The notes under the pieces: generated by a model | Told to the model about the DNA's origin: nothing | The model's database searches: none | What the model saw: only the letters and a program-made list of their open reading frames with translations | Part shown: positions 7,888 through 15,610 of the stretch, one piece after another | How positions within the stretch are numbered: the first letter of the stretch is position 1 | How the letters are laid out: each line of letters opens with the position of its first letter | IMG/VR virus record: IMGVR_UViG_3300008108_000029 | DNA length: 20,000 bases | Source of the DNA: an uncultured virus (IMG/VR IMGVR_UViG_3300008108_000029) | Lineage: Duplodnaviria; Heunggongvirae; Uroviricota; Caudoviricetes | Direction: 5' to 3' (one strand) | Program-made: the position numbers and the translations under genes

Positions 7888-8430
7888 ATGAAAAACAATA
7901 CTATAAAATATATTTTTGAAAACAGACAACCTGAATTAAGAAGGTTGATTGTAAAATACGGATTGACACCTGCAAGAAGTAAAGCAGATTTGTGGAAAAA
8001 GGTTAATTACCTTATTACCAAATTCAAGCAGGAAATGTTGTTTGATATTGCTAAAATGCACCCTGATAGAGATTTGATATTATGGGCAGCGCAACAACAA
8101 CAAAAACTATCACAACCTCAACCTGTATTGCCTCAAATGCCATCAGTTTCAAGTTTTAATCAAGAAGAAAATTCAAACGCTTGTGGCTGCTCATCTGCTA
8201 ACGGAGATGACTATTCAAATATGAATTGTGGAATGAGTGCTTTTTCAGGAGATGATTTTTCAAATTGTAGTGGTAATCCTGATTGCACTTGTGATTGTAA
8301 AAAATCAAATGCAGAAGGAGAAAACCAAAAAATTGAAGTTAAAGCCACATTGGCTAACAATATGCCATTAATAGTGGTAGGTTCATTGCTTTTAGTCGGT
8401 GGACTTATTTTTTTAGGTAGTAAAGCGTAA
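7888..8430 (+). CDS. Membrane-anchored putative virion protein with a Cys-rich acidic linker and C-terminal TM
   Basis: Helical N-domain ending HPDRDLIL; SNACGCSSANGDDYSN...FSNCSG...CTCDC...SNAEG; TM MPLIVVGSLLLVGGLIFLG. Confidence 0.7.
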   Translation: MKNNTIKYIFENRQPELRRLIVKYGLTPARSKADLWKKVNYLITKFKQEMLFDIAKMHPDRDLILWAAQQQQKLSQPQPVLPQMPSVSSFNQEENSNACGCSSANGDDYSNMNCGMSAFSGDDFSNCSGNPDCTCDCKKSNAEGENQKIEVKATLANNMPLIVVGSLLLVGGLIFLGSKA

Positions 8431-8439
8431 AGCGAAAAT

Positions 8440-9258
8440 ATGATTTGGATTCAGCACGATTTCTATGAAAACTTTGTAAAAAGTATTCAAACAAAAGATA
8501 TTGATTTATCTCTTGATATTTTTCGTAGTGAATTATCAGATTTATTAACCTATAAAAGTAAAAATGTTTTTGGTTTATTTGATAAATTAAAAATAAGTTA
8601 TAGCAAGAAGGCATCTTACCAAGAACTTGTTGATATAATTATTAATCAAATTAAAACAAATCAAAAATTTGTCAGGGGATTATCTTTTTTAATTGGTGAA
8701 TCTAATGAAGTTGCCAAGAAAAACAAAAAAGAAGATTGGCAAAAACTATTGAATAACATAACAAATGGTATTAATATAGTTGCTAAATATTTTATTGATA
8801 ACCCTAAAAGAGAAAATCTTTTTAAAAGACAAATAAAAGATATGATTGGCTTGAAATCTTCTGTAACGGGAAATGATAGCCGAGAATTAGAAAAGAAAGA
8901 TAATACAGTTCTTTGGATTATTGGAATCGCTGCTGTATGTGTAGCAGGTTATTTAGTGTATAGATACTTTGATAAAAAAAGGCAAGAAAGAATGAGATTG
9001 GAAAGTTTAAATCCAAATTCATTTCCTTCATCATCACCTATGCCTGATACAAAATTAGAAGTTCCTGATTTAACTAATCAAGTAACACAACCTAAACCTA
9101 TTGACCCGTCATTTTCTGTTCCTGATGACGTATTATTGCCTGAATCACCTATTCCTACGGCTAATACGGGAGGCGTTCAAATTAATGTATCTACGACACC
9201 TACACCAACACCTACACTTACACCTACACCAATAGCACAAACACCACAATCAATATGA
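8440..9258 (+). CDS. Membrane protein with a helical N-domain, single TM and Pro/Thr-rich tail
   Basis: TM VLWIIGIAAVCVAGYLVY followed by RYFDKKR; TPTPTP repeats at the C-terminus. Confidence 0.7.
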   Translation: MIWIQHDFYENFVKSIQTKDIDLSLDIFRSELSDLLTYKSKNVFGLFDKLKISYSKKASYQELVDIIINQIKTNQKFVRGLSFLIGESNEVAKKNKKEDWQKLLNNITNGINIVAKYFIDNPKRENLFKRQIKDMIGLKSSVTGNDSRELEKKDNTVLWIIGIAAVCVAGYLVYRYFDKKRQERMRLESLNPNSFPSSSPMPDTKLEVPDLTNQVTQPKPIDPSFSVPDDVLLPESPIPTANTGGVQINVSTTPTPTPTLTPTPIAQTPQSI

Positions 9259-9569
9259 TTGAAGAAGGGAAAATAAAATCTAAATTAAAGATTAAAAAAC
9301 CTAAAAAAATTGGTGTTAAAAAAAGTATTTTGAAAAAAAGTATCCCTAAAAGAAGAAAAAAAAAGGAATACTCTGATTTTATCGGAGGAAATAGTGAGGT
9401 TGGAAAATATACAAAAGGTGCATTTTTAGGAGGATTGGTTGGGGGAGTTGGAGGATTATTAATAGGAAAAAAAATAATATTAGGAATTATAATCGGAGCA
9501 TTAGCAGGAGGTTATATATCTTACCAAATAAATAAAGAGAGTAACAAAAAATCAAATATCAAAAATTAA
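9255..9569 (+). CDS. Small basic membrane protein with glycine-zipper TM hairpin
   Basis: Lys-rich N-terminus, YSDFIG motif, then GAFLGGLVGGVGGLLIG...GIIIGALAGG. ATGA overlap with the upstream gene. Confidence 0.7.
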   Translation: MIEEGKIKSKLKIKKPKKIGVKKSILKKSIPKRRKKKEYSDFIGGNSEVGKYTKGAFLGGLVGGVGGLLIGKKIILGIIIGALAGGYISYQINKESNKKSNIKN

Positions 9570-9582
9570 AAACCCAATTATT

Positions 9583-11487
9583 ATGGAAAATAAAAATTTA
9601 GTATCAAAAGAAGAATACGAAAAAATAAAAAAACAAAAAGCAAAAGAAGATGCTGAAAGAGAGGTAATGTCCGCTAAATTAGGTGCAACTGATAATTTGT
9701 GGTCGCCACAAGAGGAGTTGCAAATATATACTTTTGATTCAGGTAAAAAACCAAGAAAAATGGTTTTAAAAAAGAAAGGAACTAAATATAACGATAATTG
9801 GGTTTCTAAAATGATGCCAATTCAGGGAAGTATGGTGTTCTATATTAATAGAGATGAAAATGGAAAACCTGTTGGTGAGCCAAAAAAATATCTACAAATA
9901 ATTACCTCTAAAGGTGTGTGGACTGATGACTATATTGACGGTGATAAACTTGAACCTTACTTCATTGATATTATTAGAAAAAAAGGTAAAGGGTATGGTG
10001 CAAGTGAACTTTTAGCAGCAAAAAAGAGATATGGAATTAAAGAAGGTGTTGAAGTTAAAGTAGAGGACTTATTAGTATCTAAATTTACAGGACTTGATGA
10101 TATTACAAAAGCAATGAATCAATATGGTGCAAATGGATATACTGATGTTAATTTACAAAATCTTGATTTAAGTGCTGATGGAGATTCAGGTATGCTTGAT
10201 TTATCAAACGCAGATGGTTTAGATGAAAGTATAGCAAACGCATTTGGAGCAGCACCAAAAAGAATAGCAAGAACGACAAGTGTTAGCGCAAAACCTAAAA
10301 GATTAGTTAGGGCATTAGCAAATCAACCTGCTATTAAATTAATTAAGTCAGGTCAATCTTGGAAAAAAGGAAATAATTTCCAAAAAGGTGCTTTACTTAC
10401 GGTAATAGGAACTACAACAATCTATAACAAAAATAATCAACCTCAAAAAGCAATTTTGTTTTCAAACAATCAAGCGTCCTTACTTGATAACAAATGGAAC
10501 AAATTATTAACTTGGAATAAGGTGGCTAAACAAACAGGTAATGCTGTTTCTATGTATGGTAAAGGTCAAGTTCCAAGATTCATAAAAGATTCAGGAACAA
10601 ATAAATGGGTTAGAAGTGGTTTTTATAATATTGACACATTTCAACCTAAAAGAGTTGTTGATACTCAAGTAAAAAGAACAAAAGATAGTAAGTTGATTAT
10701 GTTTTTAGTTTTTGCAGATGGAACTGCATCTACTTCAAACTATTGGACAAAATCAAATGATTTTTTATCAAGTTTTGATGGCGATTATTCAAATATGACT
10801 AATCAAAGTTTACTTGATGGTCTTACTGAAAACACAAGTTTATTAAACGCTGATGGAGATGAATATTCAAACTTAACAAATCAAAGTTTACTTGATGGTC
10901 TTACTGAAAACACAAGTTTTTTAGAATTTGAGGCAGGAGATTCTGATTTTGATGGAGATTCTGATTTTGATGGCGACTTTATGTTTGAAGGAGATGATTC
11001 AAATGCAGAGGGAGATGAACCTAAAAAGAAAAAAGGTGGATTTGGTGCTTGGTTGAAAAAAACTTTTTCAAGAAAAAAGAAGAAGAAATCTGCTTTAGCA
11101 ACCATTGCTGACCCTGAAACTGATGTTGTTAGTGCAAAAACTATGGTTGAGGCACACAAAGAAAGTGGAAGTAGTAAGCCATTAGGTCAATGGATTAAGT
11201 CAGATGGTGGTAAAAACTTTTTGAGTGCTTTAGCAGCAGTTGCGACAGCAGTTGTGTTAGGCAAAACTGAAAAAGGTGAAGTATCTAAAGATAGTGGAAG
11301 TGCTGATAGTAGAAGTGAGAGTGGAAGTGGAAGTGGAAGTGGAAGTGGAAGCGACACAAAAGGAAAAGATGAAGGTGAAAAAGAATTTAAAATTTTAGGT
11401 ATGTCGCCTGTTACTTTTGGTATCGTTGCAGGAGCAGTTGTTATTACTTCAATTTTTGTAGTTCCTAAATTAATTAAGAAAAAATAA
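9583..11487 (+). CDS. Large multi-segment putative virion protein with two acidic motif blocks and a C-terminal KILGM-TM anchor
   Basis: 634 aa. Acidic blocks at ~10129-10248 and ~10770-11015 separate basic domains; a GS linker precedes KILGMSPVTFGIVAGAVVITSIFVVPKLIKKK. Confidence 0.75.
   Translation: MENKNLVSKEEYEKIKKQKAKEDAEREVMSAKLGATDNLWSPQEELQIYTFDSGKKPRKMVLKKKGTKYNDNWVSKMMPIQGSMVFYINRDENGKPVGEPKKYLQIITSKGVWTDDYIDGDKLEPYFIDIIRKKGKGYGASELLAAKKRYGIKEGVEVKVEDLLVSKFTGLDDITKAMNQYGANGYTDVNLQNLDLSADGDSGMLDLSNADGLDESIANAFGAAPKRIARTTSVSAKPKRLVRALANQPAIKLIKSGQSWKKGNNFQKGALLTVIGTTTIYNKNNQPQKAILFSNNQASLLDNKWNKLLTWNKVAKQTGNAVSMYGKGQVPRFIKDSGTNKWVRSGFYNIDTFQPKRVVDTQVKRTKDSKLIMFLVFADGTASTSNYWTKSNDFLSSFDGDYSNMTNQSLLDGLTENTSLLNADGDEYSNLTNQSLLDGLTENTSFLEFEAGDSDFDGDSDFDGDFMFEGDDSNAEGDEPKKKKGGFGAWLKKTFSRKKKKKSALATIADPETDVVSAKTMVEAHKESGSSKPLGQWIKSDGGKNFLSALAAVATAVVLGKTEKGEVSKDSGSADSRSESGSGSGSGSGSDTKGKDEGEKEFKILGMSPVTFGIVAGAVVITSIFVVPKLIKKK
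10801..10980 (+). repeat. Intragenic repeats: 41-nt exact direct repeat (10801-10841, 10879-10919) and 18-nt tandem repeat (GDSDFD) from 10936
   Basis: aatcaaagtttacttgatggtcttactgaaaacacaagttt occurs twice with a 78-nt period; ggagattctgattttgat occurs twice. Confidence 0.9.
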
Positions 11488-11488
11488 T

Positions 11489-12562
11489 ATGAAAATAGAG
11501 CAAGAACAAAGCATAAGACCAATGGTTAAAACTGCACCTACCACTTTGAAATTTCAAAGACCTGTAATTGCTACGTCTGATGCTGTAAGACCTATTGCAC
11601 CATCTGCTACACCTGTTGCAAAAGCACCTGTTGCACCTGCACCTGTTGCTCCTGCACCCGTTGCACCTGCGAAATCTGCACCTGCACCTGCGAAATCTGC
11701 ACCTGCACCTGCTGCGAAATCTACACCTGCTGACACAACAGCAACAACAGGCACTAAATATAAAATTTTAAAAACAAATAAATTTAGTGAGCCACCTTTT
11801 AAAGTTGGTGATATTGTAGAGGGAACATTAGATAGCAATGGATTTCTGATTGTAAAGAGAGATTTTGAAGGAAAAAATGTTCAGTTCCAATTTGGTAAAG
11901 ATGAATTTGAACAAGTTGGTTCAACAACAACAACAACAAGTGGTTCTGCATCAGGAGAAAAAGAAGTTACTAAATCAGATTTTTGGTCGCTTAAAAATCC
12001 TTTTCACTATACTGTTATTGCAGGTGCTATAATAGGTTTTTTCTATGCTAAAAACAAAGCAAAAAACATTTTAGCATCTACTTTAATTGGAGCAGGTATT
12101 GGTGGTGGATTAGGTATTGTTGCCAATAAGTTTATGGGTAAAAATACGACATCAACAAAAAGTAGTGGAGATAAAGCAGGTTCGGGTTCGTCAGATAAAG
12201 TAACTGATGATAAACTAATTGATGCAATGATTAATAGTATGAGGCAAATGGTTGTTTCATTAGCAGTTACATTTGGTCAAGATAAAGCAAAAGCAGAGGC
12301 AGATTTTAATACAGATTTTGAAAAACAAAAGCCACAAGTAATTGCGAAAGGAAAAGAAGTTTTAGCGACTATGAAGGACAATGAAAAACAAGCAGTTTAT
12401 GAAATGATTTTGTTTGAAACTGATTTGTATTCAAAAGCAAAAACTCAAGAAGATGCTGAAAAAATTGAATCTCAACTTAATTCTAAAATTCAAGAATTAA
12501 GCACAAAATATTCAGTTGATTTGAAAGCAGCGATTGATAAATTAAAAGGTCAAAAATTCTAA
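11489..12562 (+). CDS. Membrane protein with an Ala/Pro-rich linker, small beta domain, two-TM glycine-zipper hairpin and helical C-domain
   Basis: APVAPAP/KSAPAPA repeats; FKVGDIVEG; YTVIAGAIIGFFYA...TLIGAGIGGGLGIV. Confidence 0.75.
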   Translation: MKIEQEQSIRPMVKTAPTTLKFQRPVIATSDAVRPIAPSATPVAKAPVAPAPVAPAPVAPAKSAPAPAKSAPAPAAKSTPADTTATTGTKYKILKTNKFSEPPFKVGDIVEGTLDSNGFLIVKRDFEGKNVQFQFGKDEFEQVGSTTTTTSGSASGEKEVTKSDFWSLKNPFHYTVIAGAIIGFFYAKNKAKNILASTLIGAGIGGGLGIVANKFMGKNTTSTKSSGDKAGSGSSDKVTDDKLIDAMINSMRQMVVSLAVTFGQDKAKAEADFNTDFEKQKPQVIAKGKEVLATMKDNEKQAVYEMILFETDLYSKAKTQEDAEKIESQLNSKIQELSTKYSVDLKAAIDKLKGQKF

Positions 12563-12563
12563 T

Positions 12564-13067
12564 ATGAATAAAAATCTTTTTCCAATTTACGGGATAATAG
12601 CAGGTGTAGGTTTGTCTTATCTATATATAAAAACATTAGGTAAAGATAAAAACTTAAATCTTACTAATAACTTGCTTATTGGAGCAGGTATTGGAGCAGG
12701 TATTGGCTCTTTAATTACTTTAATGTCTAATAATTCCTCTACCGAAGAAAAAAAAGAACCTAAAATAATAACCGAACAGTCATTGAAAGATTTAGCGAAT
12801 GAAACTAATTCTGCTTTGGAACTTCAGAACTATTTAGATATTATTGAAAGAGCAAAAGTAGGAGATAAAGATAAGCAAAGAATATTCAATGTTATCAACG
12901 GGGTTTTGTTAGCAAAAAAAGATAAAAAATGGGATGAGTTTGCTAATATGAAAACGAAAAAAAATATACTTTTAGGTTATAATGTTTCAGAGTATGATTT
13001 TAATGTTTTTCAAGACGTTATGGTTAATAAATTAGCAGACATTATTAGTGATGTTATAAATAAATAA
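12564..13067 (+). CDS. Membrane protein with an N-terminal two-TM glycine-zipper hairpin
   Basis: IYGIIAGVGLSYLYI...LLIGAGIGAGIGSLI, similar to the hairpin in 11489-12562. Confidence 0.75.
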   Translation: MNKNLFPIYGIIAGVGLSYLYIKTLGKDKNLNLTNNLLIGAGIGAGIGSLITLMSNNSSTEEKKEPKIITEQSLKDLANETNSALELQNYLDIIERAKVGDKDKQRIFNVINGVLLAKKDKKWDEFANMKTKKNILLGYNVSEYDFNVFQDVMVNKLADIISDVINK

Positions 13068-13646
13068 ATGGCTACAAAAGAAAAAATAGTTCAAGTAACT
13101 CAAGGTTTACCAAGTTGGGCTAAAGGAGTTATTGCAGTTGTCGCTGTTGGTGGCGTTGTTTTTATTGGATATAAGGTTTATAAATTGTTACAAGACATAA
13201 CGCAAGGTAAAGACCAACGTGATGTTATCAAAAGCGTAAAGCAAGAAATAAAACAAGAATTGGATGCAGGAAAAAATCCAAGCCATCCAATGTCCGTGTA
13301 TCGTTCTGCTGTTAATCAAATTAAATCAAATTTGGATGACTGCGAAGCAAACATTAATGATGAAACTAATGTAATCAAGTTATTAACAAAGGTTGTTAAA
13401 AACAATCTTGATTGGAAGATACTTCAGCAAGAATGGGACGTTAAAGAGGTAGAGGATTGTGCGAGTTGGACATCAACAAAGTATGAATTAGCAGAGTTGT
13501 TGCAAGACCAATTAGACCAAAAATATGTTTTCACATTGGGTAAACTCGTAGGGGAAAATTTTATTTATGACCCAATAAGAAGTGGTGAAAAATCAACATT
13601 TGATATTTTAAAAACTTACTTTAATAAAATAGGAGTTAAATTCTAA
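13068..13646 (+). CDS. N-terminally anchored membrane protein
   Basis: GLPSWAK followed by TM GVIAVVAVGGVVFIGY and KVYK, then a helical domain. Confidence 0.75.
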   Translation: MATKEKIVQVTQGLPSWAKGVIAVVAVGGVVFIGYKVYKLLQDITQGKDQRDVIKSVKQEIKQELDAGKNPSHPMSVYRSAVNQIKSNLDDCEANINDETNVIKLLTKVVKNNLDWKILQQEWDVKEVEDCASWTSTKYELAELLQDQLDQKYVFTLGKLVGENFIYDPIRSGEKSTFDILKTYFNKIGVKF

Positions 13647-13651
13647 ATATA

Positions 13652-14161
13652 ATGAAAGATAAATTAGCAGGAATACCTGATTGGGCAAAAATAGTAGGAG
13701 GTATAGCAATTATTGGTGGTGCTATTTGGGGTGCTGTCGCTATTTCAAAATTGCTTAAAGCAAGAAGAATACAAAAAGCATACGAAGAATCTCAAAAAGA
13801 TGAAGAAACAAAAGACCCAAATGTTGTTAATCCTCAAGATATAGTAACTTCAAAAGGAAAAATTGTATATGCTAAACCTAAATCAGCAGGTGCAGCAGGA
13901 TATGTAAATGTTAGGTCAAGTGCAGCAGTAGATAACACAAACTCTTGGTATAATCCAAGTAATTTTATAGGAATGGTTGTAGAAGGAAAACCTGTCGGAA
14001 AAGTTCTTGAGGGAAATATATCGGGAGAAGGTTATGTGTGGTATAAAATTACCGTAAATCCGCAACACTTACAAGAAAATAAAGAATTAGGATTAAAAGT
14101 TAATAAATCAAATACAACAGGTTACGTTAGAGAAGATAACGTAATTTTAAAAAGTGTTTAA
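13652..14161 (+). CDS. N-terminally anchored protein with an SH3b-like domain
   Basis: GIPDWAK plus TM; YVNVRSSA...IG...KVL...WYKI...GYVRED matches the bacterial SH3 (SH3_3/SH3b) pattern. Confidence 0.65.
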   Translation: MKDKLAGIPDWAKIVGGIAIIGGAIWGAVAISKLLKARRIQKAYEESQKDEETKDPNVVNPQDIVTSKGKIVYAKPKSAGAAGYVNVRSSAAVDNTNSWYNPSNFIGMVVEGKPVGKVLEGNISGEGYVWYKITVNPQHLQENKELGLKVNKSNTTGYVREDNVILKSV

Positions 14162-14227
14162 CAAATCCAAATAAAACCAAAACAAAACCAAAACCAAAAG
14201 ACCAAAATATAAACTAAAACAAAAAAA

Positions 14228-14704
14228 ATGGCACAATTAGCAAATGCAAATCTACTTGACGACAGCGTAGCAAACAGTAGTTCATTGAAAACTGAAAGAT
14301 TAAACAAAACTGCTCAAAAAGCAATCAATCCTAAACCGAGAGATTACAATGAAGAAAGAGTAGTAGAAAAAAGGAAAGAAGAATATAATAATAAGAAAGT
14401 AGTAGAACAAGAGGTTGAAATAGATGATGATTTTGAAGATGATTACGAGCAACAATCACCATCATTAATTAATTCTAATTCAAAAATTTATTCAAATACA
14501 GATAAAGAAAGTGAAGAAAAAGATAATAAAATATTAGGTATGAAACCTGTTTTATTTTATGGTCTTTTAGCATTAGGAGTAGCAGTAGGAGGATATTTTA
14601 TATATAAAAAATTTATTAAAAATAAAAAAACAATAGATGTAGCACCAAATCCAACACCAAGCGTAGATGTTCCGACACCTACAACAAATATTGGTAATGG
14701 ATAG
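14228..14704 (+). CDS. Acidic low-complexity protein with a KILGM-TM anchor
   Basis: KILGMKPVLFYGLLALGVAVGGYFIYKK; N-terminal LANANLLDDSVANS motif. Confidence 0.75.
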   Translation: MAQLANANLLDDSVANSSSLKTERLNKTAQKAINPKPRDYNEERVVEKRKEEYNNKKVVEQEVEIDDDFEDDYEQQSPSLINSNSKIYSNTDKESEEKDNKILGMKPVLFYGLLALGVAVGGYFIYKKFIKNKKTIDVAPNPTPSVDVPTPTTNIGNG

Positions 14705-14740
14705 TGTCTGCAAAATAACAACAACAAAAACAACAACAAA

Positions 14741-15586
14741 ATGGAACACAATTTAGATTTATTAAATGCAGACGGTCTTGACGAAAGCATTTCAAACACC
14801 AATGGAGGATTTAGATTTGGAAATTTAAGAGCAAGATTAAATCGTATGAACAGACCTGTAAGGGTAATAGCAAGACGAGGTGATGGCGATTTTTCAGATG
14901 CAAATGGATATGAAGATGTAAACTTAAAAAATCTTGATTTGTCTGCAAACGGAATGAATTTACAAGACCTTGATTTAGGTGCTAATGGTGATTATTCATA
15001 TTGCTGTGGTGTTGATGGAGATGATTCAAATGCTAATGGTTTTAGATTTGGAAATTTAAGAGCAAGATTAAATCGCAGAAAAAGACCTATCATAGTAAGG
15101 AGAGGAGATGGTGAAATTAATTCAGATGCCGATGGAGAAGGTTATTCTTACATTACAGTAACACCTGAACAAGCGAAGATGGCAGCAGATGTTGGTGGTA
15201 AATTATTGGCTAATATAAAAAGAAAACCTAAAACAGAACTTGAATCTAATTTAAAAGCTGCTTGTGGTCGTAAACCTTTGTTTGGTAAGTCAAAGAAGAA
15301 AAAATATCAAGAATGTGCAACTAAATTTATGGCTAATGCTGAAAAATCAAAATCTGCTGCTGCTGAAGCAATAGCAAGAGGAAAAGAAGCAGAAGCAAGA
15401 ACAGCAGAAGCAAACGCAGCAGCGAAAGCAGCAGAAGCAAAAACTTCAGAAAATAGTAGATTAGCTGCACCTGCGTCTGATAAATTTCTTGGTATGCCGA
15501 AAGCAGTAGGTATTACTGTTGTAGCAGTTGGAGGATTAGCACTACTTGTTGGTGGATACTTCTTAATTAAAAAAATGAGAAAATAA
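14741..15586 (+). CDS. Putative virion protein with alternating acidic and Arg-rich repeats and a KFLGM-TM anchor
   Basis: Two GFRFGNLRARLNR units, each preceded by an SNxNG motif; CGRKPLFG...C segment; Ala-rich helix; C-terminal TM. Confidence 0.8.
   Translation: MEHNLDLLNADGLDESISNTNGGFRFGNLRARLNRMNRPVRVIARRGDGDFSDANGYEDVNLKNLDLSANGMNLQDLDLGANGDYSYCCGVDGDDSNANGFRFGNLRARLNRRKRPIIVRRGDGEINSDADGEGYSYITVTPEQAKMAADVGGKLLANIKRKPKTELESNLKAACGRKPLFGKSKKKKYQECATKFMANAEKSKSAAAEAIARGKEAEARTAEANAAAKAAEAKTSENSRLAAPASDKFLGMPKAVGITVVAVGGLALLVGGYFLIKKMRK
14810..15075 (+). repeat. 35-nt exact direct repeat encoding FRFGNLRARLNR (14810-14844, 15041-15075)
   Basis: tttagatttggaaatttaagagcaagattaaatcg occurs twice. 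Confidence 0.92.
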
Positions 15587-15610
15587 AATAAAACCCAAAC
15601 CCAAAAAAAA

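Noticed and set aside
11320..11730. agtgga (GS) and Ala/Pro microrepeats as phase-variation tracts
   Set aside because: Unit lengths are multiples of three and encode ordinary flexible linkers, so slippage would not switch frame.
7039..15075. Direct repeats of 21, 35 and 41 nt as a possible CRISPR array or DGR template/variable repeats
   Set aside because: All are in-frame coding repeats with periods divisible by three. There are no unique spacers, no cas or reverse transcriptase gene, and no adenine-specific mismatch pattern.
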